From assembly GCA_964016885.1 (NCBI GenBank), contig OZ024764.1:11904001-11968000 (forward strand): 64,000 nt of DNA, written 5' to 3'. Of this stretch, positions 1 to 11,206 are shown one piece after another. Every line of letters begins with the position of its first letter. Position 1 is the stretch's first letter. The notes under the pieces were generated by a model. The model did no database searches. It was not told where the DNA came from and saw nothing but the letters and a program-made list of their open reading frames with translations. The stretch comes from Eledone cirrhosa. Taxonomy: Eukaryota. The position numbers and the translations under genes were made by a program.

Positions 1-190
1 GAGGTTGGTGTTAGGAAGGGCATCCAGCTGTAGATATTCAAGCCAAAATCAGTTCCTGTATGAGCAAGGCAGGGTCAGCCGACTGGGCACTGCCCACAAC
101 AGGATAACCCGTCTAACGGTGATGATATATCAATTCTAATTTTCAATTTTTACTGGAATTCTATAAGAATCCAACAGACAAAGCGAGTGC

Positions 191-238
191 TAAGCTCTGA
201 TGATTACCAACAGTACGAAACAGAGCTCTGTCAGCTTA
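191..238 (+). ncRNA. Type-I hammerhead ribozyme motif
   Basis: taagct-CTGATGA-ttaccaacagtac-GAAA-cagagctctg-TC-agctta. Stem I is taagct/agctta, with a GUC cleavage triplet and a palindromic stem III. Confidence 0.75.
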
Positions 239-477
239 TCTCCCTTTGTTTGTTGATAAACGAAGTAAGTGACATGGTCACTACTTTAAAACAATAGCGC
301 AAGGTCTTCAAAATGTTTTAATTAAGCATACAGTATATTGCCAAATATACTATATATACATCGCTATTTCAGAGCACCAATTCTAATTTTCATATATATA
401 TCCGGGAGCTTCCAACAGAAATGGTCGCATTCTTTAAGGGTACGTCAATATTTATTTATAAAACTGATCTATATTAT

Positions 478-540
478 ATTTTATCTGATGAAAGCACACC
501 ATAATTTAACTTGGTGTCCTTGAAATATGTATCATGAAAT
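478..540 (+). ncRNA. Minimal type-I hammerhead motif, family A
   Basis: attttat-CTGATGA-aagcacacca...tggtgtcctt-GAAA-tatgta-TC-atgaaat. Confidence 0.65.
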
Positions 541-1560
541 AAATATGGTTTTATAAATATAGTTTCCATTTGTTAATATATCGTGTATATATATATATAT
601 AAGAAAAATAAATCGAAAATGCAACTGGAGTTTTTTTAAGAATATTTATTTATTTCTTTTACTGGTTTCACAGCTCTTATGCTTTTGAAAAGTAGAATTG
701 AGATGGAGGGTTTGTGGTTTTTCCTGCATATATATATATATATATATATCTATATATCATCATCAACATTGTTTAACGACTATCGTCCACGCTAGCATGG
801 GTTAGACGGGAATTGTCCCACTTGAGGCAAGATTGGTCAGGTAACATGTCTTGCTCGTATAGGACTGTATCTGGCAGGTTTTCTATGGCTGGATGCCCTT
901 CCTAACACCAACCACATTTACAGTGTGGAACTGGGAACTTTTTACCGTGTTACCTACAGGCCACATTACAGCGCGGACTGTGTGTTTTTTGTCGTGACAC
1001 CTACACGACCTCATTAGTTTGGACTGGGTGTTGTGGTACCAACATAACTTTATAGAGAAAGGGGTGGCGTTGGTGGGAGTGGTAACTTTTTAGAGAAAGG
1101 AGTAGTGGGTTGGGGTGTATATTTGGTTTGGCAGAGCCTAATATATATATATCATCATCATCACCATCATCAACGTTTAACGTCCGTGTTCCACGCTTGC
1201 ATGGGTTTGGACGGGGGTAGTCCCACTTGAGGCAAGAGTGATTGTCTTGCTCGCATAGGACTGTCTGGCAGGTTTTCTACAGTTGGATGCCCTTCCTAAC
1301 ACCAACCACATTTACAGTGTGGGTCTGGGAGGTTTTTACCGTGTTGCCTACACGGCCACATTACAGCGTGGACTGTGTGTTTTTTTGTCGTGACACCTAC
1401 ACGATCTCATTTGTTTCGGCCTCGATGGCGCGGCACCAACATAACTTTACATAGAACGGGGTGGTGTGGATGGGGTGGGGGTGGTGGGACGGGGTGTATT
1501 TTGTTAGAGATGCCTACTGGCTGGAGTAGGTTTTACTATATATTTAGGTAAGGCGGGTCT

Positions 1561-1602
<42 letters not shown>

Positions 1603-1761
1603 CGAAAGAGAGGGAAGGGAATTGAGAAAAAGGGAGCCATACACAAACCAGCCGAAATAACTAAAAAAAAACAAGAAAAAAACATACAGAAATAAAATTC
1701 ACACAAAACATTTAAAAAAATTTTTTTTTTTAAACCCCTAAAAACTGCTGTGGAGACTAAC

Positions 1762-1914
1762 CTGTGGTTGGGTCCATATCAAAGACCCCTTGGTTCTGTA
1801 TATTCCGCCTACGTACTATTAATACTAGTATAACAACCACAGTTATACACACAGCAAATGCGACACACACACCAATATACATGGCCATGTTGTTTGATTC
1901 TTCCGCTTCTCCGG
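1762..1914 (-). CDS. unc5: UNC-5-like transmembrane exon
   Basis: gtatatttcag|CC...ACAG|gttagt, 153 nt, phase 1-1. AGEAEESNNMAMYIGVCVAFAVCITVVVILVLIVRRRNIQNQGVFDMDPTT is a hydrophobic helix followed by an RRR stop-transfer, similar to the UNC5 xALYxG TM start. Confidence 0.9.
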
Positions 1915-2280
1915 CTGAAATATACAAGAGGGGAAAATAGAATACAGTAAATAACAGTAATAGTTTCTACGTTTGGCACAAGGCCAGCAATTACCCCAGT
2001 GCATTACTGGTACTTTATTTTATCGACCCCGTAAAGATGAAAGGCAGAGTTAACCTTGCTCTGATAATAATAGTTTCTACTTTGGCACAAGGCCAGCAAT
2101 TATCCCAGTGTATTACTGGTACTTTATTTTATCGACCCCATAAGGATGAAAGGCAAAGTTAACCTCAGCGGAATTTGAAATCAGACCATAAAGGTCCATA
2201 ACTCTTTGCTGCAAAGCATGGCGTCTGCTCGGCAGGGTCTAACCCTGGGTCTCTTGTGAGTTCGTTTTGTCCTTAAAATG

Positions 2281-3320
2281 AGAGATTCTTTCCTGAGACA
2301 TTCTAACCACATGTCTGTAGTATCAGAGCTGTGATCTCTCAATTCAGAGATTCTTTCCTGAGACATTCTAACCACATGTCTGTAGTATCAGAGCTGTGAT
2401 CTCTCAATTCAGAGATTCTTTCCTGAGACATTCTAACCACATGTCTGTAGTATCAGAGCTGTGATCTCTCAATTCAGAGATTCTTTCCTCAGACATTCTA
2501 ACCACATGTCTGTAGTATCGGAGCTGTGATCTCTCAATTCAGAGATTCTTTCCTGAGACATTCTAACCACATGTCTGTAGTATCAGAGCTGTGATCTCTC
2601 AATTCAGAGATTCTTTCCTGAGACATTCTAACCACATGTCTGTAGTATCGGAGCTGTGATCTCTCAATTCAGAGATTCTTTCCTGAGACATTCTAACCAC
2701 ATGTCTGTAGTATCAGAGCTGTGATCTCTCAATTCAGAGATTCTTTCCTGAGACATTCTAACCACATGTCTGTAGTATCAGAGCTGTGATCTCTCAATCC
2801 AGAGATTCTTTCCTGAGACATTCTAACCACATGTCTGTAGTATCAGAGCTGTGATCTCTCAATCCAGAGATTCTTTCCTGAGACATTCTAACCACATGTC
2901 TGTAGTATCAAAGCTGGTATCTCTCAATTCAGAGATTCTTTCCTGAGACATTCTAACCACATATCTGTAGTATCAGAGCTGTGATCTCTCAATTTAGAGA
3001 TTCTTTCCTGAGACATTCTAACCACATGTCTGTAGTATCAGAGCTGTGATCTCTCAATCCAGAGATTCTTTCCTGAGACATTCTAACCACATGTCTGTAG
3101 TATCAGAGCTGTGATCTCTCAATCCAGTGATTCTTTCCTGAGACATTCTAACCATATGTCTGTAGTATCGGAGCTGTGATCTCTCAATCCAGAGATTCTT
3201 TCCTGAGACATTCTAACCACATGTCTGTAGTATCAGAGCTGTGATCTCTCAATTCAGAGATTCTTTCCTGAGACATTCTAACCACATGTCTGTAGTATCA
3301 GAGCTGTGATCTCTCAATTT
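2281..3320. repeat. 65-bp minisatellite, ~16 copies
   Basis: Unit agagattctttcctgagacattctaaccacatgtctgtagtatcagagctgtgatctctcaattc. Confidence 0.95.
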
Positions 3321-3499
3321 GAAGAAGTAGCATCTCTACCTGGAGTGACTCACTGATCTCCGAGCTACATATTTTATCGAGTAACATTACTCCAAAGACC
3401 CTTTGGTGGAATCCCATTTCGGCTGCTTGTATTCACAATCATATTCTTTTGGTCATTACCCAAGATTCATGACCATAAGTAAGAGTTGGCATGAATACT

Positions 3500-4030
3500 G
3501 AATTGAAGATGGCAAGTTTGGCATTTACACCTACCTCCCTTCTTTTGAATAAATAATTTAAGATAGAGTGTTTGGCTTTTACACCTACCTCCCTTCTTTT
3601 GAATAAATAATTGAAGATAGAGTGTTTGGCTTTTACACCTACCTCCCTTCTTTTGAATAAATAATTTAAGATAGAGAGTTTGGCTTTTACACCTACCTCC
3701 CTTCTTTTGAATAAATAATTGAAGATAGAGAGTTTGGCTTTTACACCTACCTCCCTTCTTTTGAATAAAGAATTGAAGATAGCGAGTTTGGCTTTTACAC
3801 CTACCTCCCTTCTTTTGAATAAAGAATTGAAGATAGAGAGTTTGGCTTTTACACCTACCTCCCTTCTGATTACCAAATTAAAGATAGAGAGTTTGGCTTT
3901 TACACCTACCTCCCTTCTGATTACCAAATTAAAGATAGAGAGTTTGGCTTTCACACCTACCTCCCTTCTGATTACCAAATTGAAGATAGCGACTGTCTTT
4001 TACACCTACCTCCCTTCTTCTGATTACCAA
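3500..4030. repeat. 54/51-bp minisatellite, ~10 copies
   Basis: Recurring tttggcttttacacctacctcccttct. Confidence 0.9.
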
Positions 4031-4394
4031 ATGGTGAAGCTGGCATATTACTACATTGGTAAAATAAAACATATAGAGCACATACATACAAACGAAGGCA
4101 CAAGACTTAGTGGTTAGTGTGTTTAGCTCATGATATTAAGGGCACAAGTTCCTTGAAATGGCTAATAGCATGTTAAGCTTTTTAGTTAGACATTGAGTTT
4201 CACATTGCTGCAGTCTGAATCAACTGACTAAAAATTTGTTGTACCAGTAAGTCACTGGGGTCCAGCCTTGTCACTTTGTGACATGCTGAATTTCCCTGAG
4301 AAATACATGCGTCTCTGGAATGCTCAGACACTTGCTGGCCCTTTGGTCAGGCCAGACCTAAGGACCAGCAAACTGGGCTCAGATGACTGCGTGA

Positions 4395-5078
4395 GTGTTG
4401 TTGTAGTGGGTGTATAGATGGTGGTGGCGGGTGTGGTGGTGTGGTGGGTGTAGTGGTGGGGGTGGTGTTGGGTGTGATGGTGGTGGTCGGTGTGGTGGTG
4501 ATGGTGGGTGTAGATGGTGGTGGTGGTGTTGGGTGTGTAGATGGTGGAGGGGTGGTATGGTGTTGATGGGTGTGATGGTGTGATGGTGTGGTGGTGGGTG
4601 TGATGGTGGTGGTGATGGGTTTGGTGATGATAGTGATGGTGTGGTGGTGATGGTGGTGGTAGAAGTAGTAGTAGTAGCAGCAGCAGCAGTGCTAGTGGTG
4701 GTAGTGGTAGCAGTAGTAGTAGAAGTAGTAGTAGTAGCAGTAATAGTAGTAGTAGTAATAGTAGTAGCAGTAGTAGTAGTATAAGCAGCAGCAGGAGTAG
4801 TAGTAGCAGTAGTAGTAGTAGCAGTAGCAGTAGTAGTAGTAGTGGTGGTAGTAGTATAAGTGGTGGTGACAATGAGTGTTTCCAGTCAACAAGTGGTGTT
4901 GGTGGTGACTTTGTATCTACCTCCAAAATATCTCTTCTACTCTTAAGGACACCACCACACCACCACACCACCACCACCACCACCACCACACCACCACACC
5001 ACCACCACCACCAGTAACAGCAACAACAACAACAACCAGAACAACAAACATTTTCTATGACATGAAAAGAAATTGTGC

Positions 5079-5113
<35 letters not shown>

Positions 5114-5660
5114 TAGTAGTAGTAGTAGTAGTAATAGTAGTAGTAGTGGTAGTAGTAATAGTAGTAGTAGTGGTAGTAGTAGTAGTAGCAGTAGTAGTAG
5201 TAGTAGCAGTAGCAGTAGTAGTAGCAGTAGTAGTAGCAGTAGCTGTAGCAGCAGTAGTAGTAGTAGTAGTAGCTGTAGCAGCAGCAGTAGTAGTAGTAGC
5301 AGTAGTAGCAGTAGTAGTAGTAGTAGTAGTAGCAGTAGTAGTAGCAGTAGTAGTAGTAGTAGTAGCTGTAGCAGCAGTAGCAGTAGTAGTAGTAGCAGTA
5401 GTAGCAGTAGTAGTAGTAGCTGTAGCAGCAGTAGCAGCAGTAGTAGTAGTAGCAGTAGTAGTAGTAACTGTAGCAGCAGTAGCAGTAGTAGCAGTAGTAG
5501 TAGCAGTAGTAGTAGTAGTAGTAGTAACTGTAGCAGCAGTAGCAGTAGTAGCAGTAGTAGTAGCAGTAGTAGTAGTAGCAGTAGCAGTAGTAGTAGTAGT
5601 AATGAATTTGTAAACAGAAAAAACAACACAAACAACAACAACAACAACAACAACACACAC
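4395..5660. repeat. Trinucleotide microsatellite field (GTG, GTA/GCA, CAC, CAA)
   Basis: Direct reading. Confidence 0.95.
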
Positions 5661-5774
5661 AAAAACAACAGAAAAGAATAGAAAGCAAACTACAAGGGCT
5701 CTGAGAAGGAGGGGAGTCTCGGGGAGGGGCCCTGGGGGTAGGGGAGCAGGGTAGGAGCGGAGGGAAACACTCAC

Positions 5775-5846
5775 CATCTGGATTATTAATGTTGTTGTTG
5801 TTGTTGTTGATGTTTTTATTGGGTTCACCTCCTTGAAAGTTTCTAG
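5775..5846 (-). CDS. unc5: Putative 72-nt juxtamembrane stalk exon (ARNFQGGEPNKNINNNNNNINNPD)
   Basis: tgctccatttcag|CTAGAAAC...CCAGATG|gtgagt. Phase 1-1, 24 codons, open in the frame that links TSP1-2 to the TM exon. Confidence 0.7.
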
Positions 5847-5889
5847 CTGAAATGGAGCAATTGAGGATTGACTGATGAGGGCCAGTGGT

Positions 5890-8299
5890 GGCTGTGAATG
5901 TGAGTGAGAGGGTGCGAGTGAGAGAGAGGGTGCGAGGTGAGAGTGAGAGAGGTGCGAGTGTATGCGAGAGGGTGCAAGGTGAGAGGTGTTATTGGAAGGT
6001 GTGAGTGTGAGTGAGAGGTGTGAGTATGAGTGAGAGGGGCGAGTGTAAATGAGAGGTACGAGAGCGTGAGTGAGAGGTGTAAATGGAACGTGTGAGTATG
6101 TGTAGAGGTGCGAGTATGAGTGAGAGGTATGAGTGTGAGTGAGAGGTGCAAGTGAGTGGGAGGTGCGAGTATGAGTGTGAGTGAGAGGGGCGAGTGTAAA
6201 TGAGAAGTGCAAGTGTGATTGAGAGGTATGAGCGTGAGGTACGAGTGTGAGTGAGAGGTGCAAGTGAGTGGGAGGTGCGAGTATGAGTGTGAGGGAGAGG
6301 GGCGAGTGTAAATGAGAAGTGCAAGTGTGATTGAGAGGTATGAGTGTGAGGTACGAGTGTGAGTGAGAGGTGCAAGTGAGTGGGAGGTGCGAGTATGAGT
6401 GTGAGTGAGAGGGGAGAGTGTAAATGAGAAGTGCAAGTGTGAGTGAGAGGTGTGAGTATGAGTGTGAGGTGCGAGTAAGAGGTGTGAGTGAGAAGTGTGA
6501 GTGAGAAGTGCGAGTGTGTGGGAGAGTGAGAGCTGTGATTGAGAGGTGCAAGTGTGAGTGAAAGATGTATGAAGTACAAGTGTGAGTGAGATTGAAGTGA
6601 GTGTGACTGAGTGTAAGTGTGAGTGTAACTATGAGTGGAAGGTGCAAACGAAAGGAGTGTGAGTTTAAATTTAGAGTGAAGGGTGTGTGAAGTGTGAGTG
6701 TTAGGAGCAAGTATGAGTGAAGGGTGAAAATATAGTGAGAGTGAGTGAAGGTATGTCTGTGGAATACTCAGCCACTTTTGCATTAATATAGTAAGGTCTG
6801 TACTTGTAATTCAAAGAGCTGAATCTCCCTGAGAATTACGTTAAGGGTGAATGTGTCTGCGGAGTTTCAACTATGTTAACCTGATGGTATAACACTCTTC
6901 GCATTCAAGGGAGGTAAGTCCCTATTCTGGGGGACAGCCTGCTGTCACTCATTCTCTGCTTACAAGCTTGTTGTTTTGGCCACAAACACACACTACCGGC
7001 CACAAACACACACATAACCGACCACAAACACACACATAACCAACCACAAACACACACATAACTGACCACACACACACACACTACCGGCCGCAAACTCACA
7101 CACTACCGGCCACAAACACACAAACTACCGGCCACAAACACACACACCACTAACTACAAACACACAGACCACTGGCCAAAAACTCACAGACCACTGGTCA
7201 CAAATTCACAAACCAAACACAAACTCATGCACCACTGGCCACAAACTCATGGACCACCGGCTACAAACTCACACACCAGCGGCCACACACTCATGCACCA
7301 TTGGCCACAAACTCATAAACCACTGACCCAAAATTCACACACCACTGACCACAAACTCACGGACCACTGACCACAAACTCACGGACCACTAGCCGCAAAC
7401 TCACAGACCACTGGCCAAAAACTCACGGACCACTAGTCACAAATTCACAAACCACCAAACACAAACTCACGCACCACTGGCCACAAACTCACACACCACC
7501 AAACACAAACTTACAGACCACTGGTCAAACATTCACGGACGACTGGCTACACACTCACACAAACCAGCTGCCACAAATTCACACACCACTGACCACAAAC
7601 TCACAGACCACTGGCCAAAAACTCATGGACCACCGACCACAAATTCACACACCACTGACCACAAACTCACAGACCACTGGCCAAAAACTCATGGACCACT
7701 GGTCACAAATTCACGCACCACTGATTGCTTCCTCTCATACTGGTCAGAGACAGACAGACACACACACACACTTAGACCTAGTGACACATATAGACAGACA
7801 TACACACACACAGTTATACAGTGACATACACACACACACACAGACAGACCAAAATTGGGACACACAGACACACACACGCACACACACTTAGGCATACATA
7901 CAGACAGACACATACACACTCAGAGGCAGACAGATAATCAAAGACACACACACACACACACTTAGACATAGTGACACATACAGACAGACATACCCACACA
8001 CAGTTATACAGTGACATACACACAGACAGACAGATAGACAGACCAAAATTGGGACACACAGACACACACACGCACACACACTTAGACATACAGACAGACA
8101 GACACATACACACACGGAGGCAGACAGATAATCAAAGACACACACACACACACTTAGACATAGTGACACATACAGACAAACATACACACACAGTTATACA
8201 GTGACATACACACACACACAGACAGACCAAAATTGGGACACACAGACACACACACACACTTAGACATAGTGACACATACAGACAGACACACACACACAC

Positions 8300-8333
<34 letters not shown>

Positions 8334-8335
8334 GA
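5890..8335. repeat. Degenerate GAGT/GTGA-rich and CAC/ACAG-rich tandem repeats, interrupted by a short unique stretch near 6750-6980
   Basis: Direct reading. Confidence 0.85.
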
Positions 8336-8345
8336 ATTGACTCAC

Positions 8346-8375
8346 CATCAGTAGGATTCACATAGACTACAGCAC
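8346..8375 (-). CDS. unc5: Putative 30-nt stalk microexon ([10 protein letters not shown])
   Basis: attctttctctcttttaag|GTGCTGTAGTCTATGTGAATCCTACTGATG|gtgagt. Phase 1-1, open. A unique island between two microsatellite fields. Confidence 0.72.
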
Positions 8376-8499
8376 CTTAAAAGAGAGAAAGAATATGTGT
8401 ATATATATATATATATATGTATGTATATAAGTGTATATATATATATATATGTGTGTGTATATAAATATATGTGTATATATGTATATATATATATATATA

Positions 8500-8540
<41 letters not shown>

Positions 8541-8762
8541 ATATAAGTATATATATATATATATGAATGTATGTGTGTATATATATACATATATATATAC
8601 ATATATATACATATATATATGTATATATATAAGTATATATATATATATATATATAATATATATATATATGAATGTATGTGTGTATATATATATAGACATA
8701 TATATATATAATATATATACATATATATATGTATAAATATATATCTGTATATAAGTATATAA

Positions 8763-8880
<118 letters not shown>

Positions 8881-8924
8881 AAGTTAAATAAAAGTCAAAT
8901 GATTAAAATTTAGCTTCGTTTATT

Positions 8925-8979
8925 ACTGCTATATATATTTCAGTGACAGCCATCTTTGGCTGTGACCTCTTCAGGCAGT
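8925..8979 (-). ncRNA. Minimal type-I hammerhead motif
   Basis: Minus strand: actgc-CTGAAGA-ggtcacagccaaagatggctgtcact-GAAA-tatata-TA-gcagt. Confidence 0.65.
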
Positions 8980-9232
8980 TTGAATTAGTATGGTATAGAC
9001 AAGTACATATGTTGTTTAGGTGTATGATATTGTCAAATATATATAGCAGTAATAAACGAAGCTAAATTTTAATCATTTGACTTTTATTTAACTTTATTTT
9101 ACACTACTCCGGAGTAACCAAACCAACCTGCGCACTTCGTCGAGTGCTCCAGCCTGCATACTGAGGTGTTGGTATACAACCAACATAAACTCAAAATCTA
9201 TATATATATATATATATATATGAATGTATGTG

Positions 9233-9310
<78 letters not shown>

Positions 9311-9312
9311 TG

Positions 9313-9366
<54 letters not shown>

Positions 9367-9591
9367 TGTATGTGTATATATATATATATATATATATACA
9401 GACATTTTTGTTTGAATTTGAATCATAAAAGAATAACGACTATAAGTAAATTTGCAGTGCTGTTACCTACAATAACAAACACCCAGTACACTCTGTAATG
9501 TGGTAGAGCTGGTGCCATGACAAAATAGACTCAGTGTACCTTGTAAAGAATTAGTGTTAGTGCCACAGTAAGCATATATATATATAATATA

Positions 9592-9625
<34 letters not shown>

Positions 9626-9713
9626 AGTGTTGAAGTTTCCGTTTAAGAAGTCAGAGGAATGAAGAGTGCTCTATGTAAGTTACAGAGCTAAATATTATAT
9701 ATATATATGTATA

Positions 9714-9751
<38 letters not shown>

Positions 9752-9834
9752 CGTTATTCCGGGTTGAATCGGAGGTAACCACAGTAAGTAAGGTACTCAA
9801 TACATAGCAGAGTATAAAAGTTTTAATATAGATG

Positions 9835-9885
9835 AGATTCTACAGGACTAGAACTGTTTCATTCTTTAGAAATCATCAGGAATCT
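9835..9885 (-). ncRNA. Type-I hammerhead motif, family B (inverted partner of 10141-10191)
   Basis: Reverse complement of agattc-CTGATGA-tttctaaagaat-GAAA-cagttctagtcctg-TA-gaatct. Confidence 0.65.
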
Positions 9886-10140
9886 GGGTATCAAAAAATC
9901 TGTTAGCTTAAGAGAAACTTAATGACAAGGAATGGTAGGCCATCCGGAACCTGTTTATAGAATTCTGTCTGCCCTTGTTACTCTAAAAACATAAATAAAT
10001 AAAAATAAACTATAGCTTTGTAGAATTAGCTTTTAATGAATTCCCTTTTCTATCAACCAATGACCTACACCCATCCCACTCCCCACCCTCTCCTACCACT
10101 TGTAGAGACCTATAAATACCATTTTTATTTTTTGATACCC

Positions 10141-10191
10141 AGATTCCTGATGATTTCTAAAGAATGAAACAGTTCTAGTCCTGTAGAATCT
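10141..10191 (+). ncRNA. Type-I hammerhead motif, family B
   Basis: Stem I agattc/gaatct, CTGATGA at 10147, GAAA, stem III acag/ctgt, GUA triplet. Confidence 0.68.
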
Positions 10192-10239
10192 TATCTATAT
10201 TAAAACTATATATACATATATATATATATATATATACAT

Positions 10240-10584
10240 CATCATTTCATCATCATTTCATTTTACGTCCACTTTTTCCCTGCTTGCAAGGGTGGGACGG
10301 GAACTGATTCTGGCTTTATTTCTACAGCTGGATGCCCTTCCTAACACCAACCTCATTTACAGTGAGTGCTGGGTGCTTTTCTGCCGTGGCGCCTACACGA
10401 CCACTTTGCAGTGGAATGATAGGGACCTCAGTCCCTATCATCTCATTTCTACAGCTGAGTAAACTGGAGCAATGTGAAATAAAGTGTCTTGCTCAAGGAA
10501 ACAACACATCACCCGGTCTTAGAATTGAACTCACAACCTTTCGATTGCAAGGCCAATGCTCTAACCACTAAGCCATGTGCCTCC
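10240..10584 (-). mobile_element. tRNA-derived SINE, family 1 (full length)
   Basis: Head ggcacaTGGCTTAGTGGttagagc...GAGTTCAATTC (Pol III A/B boxes), body ccttgagcaagacact, (GAT)n tail. Copies or fragments also at 1-60, 16085-16590, 26580-26640, 33200-33715, 41615-42170 and 47305-47644. Confidence 0.85.
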
Positions 10585-11206
10585 ACATACATATATATAT
10601 ATATACATACATACATGTGACGGGACTTTGAAGAAAGAAATAGGTATATTTTTGTCTATTATTTCCTCATATTTTGTAATTTGATATATATATATATATA
10701 TATATAAATATATGATTTCTCCCGAATGAAACAGTTCTAGTCCTGTAGAAGCCTTTTCTATATTAAATATAATGGCAACTTGCAAAGGCAACTTGCAAAG
10801 CTGAGGTCAGAGCGCAGATATAGGGCAATTTCTTAGGTATAGGTCCATTTCTTCAAGATAAGGAGAGAGAGTTAGAGGATAGAGAGTGAGAAAGAGATAT
10901 GAAGGAAGAATCGACCCCAGTATTAAACTGGTACTTTTTTTATTGACCTCAAGGAGCACACAGCTGCAACAAATATGAGAAAGCAGTCTAACCAACATTC
11001 TAATGATTCTGCAAATTTGCTGTCATACACGTGTATTATAGAGTAGCGTAAATCCTATAAAAAGTACATGATTAAATGAAAAGTCAGTCAATCATATTGA
11101 TGCCCCCCCCCCCCCCCCAGACAGCCCTGGCAGACAGCATGGAGAAGGTATTTCCCCGGAGGACGGCAAGGGAGACGTGCTGGAAGAGCCATTCCAACTG
11201 CGGCTG

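Larger units (their letters stand above)
2281..4030 (-). mobile_element. Decayed RTE-clade LINE ORF fragment expanded by two internal tandem arrays
   Basis: KAKLAIFNSVFMPTLTYGHESWVMTKRI...IQAAEMGF... and IERSQL*YYRHVVRMSQERI resemble the post-RT region of RTE elements. Confidence 0.75.

Noticed and set aside
4324-6783. Poly-Y/L/T/S/V and His-Thr-Leu ORFs, including the SRRDILEVDTKSPP segment
   Set aside because: Trinucleotide repeats. The only candidate exon near 4920-4942 would read into a TAG stop in the required phase.
10510-10584. tRNA gene
   Set aside because: A and B boxes are present but run into a repeated SINE body, and no complete cloverleaf is evident.
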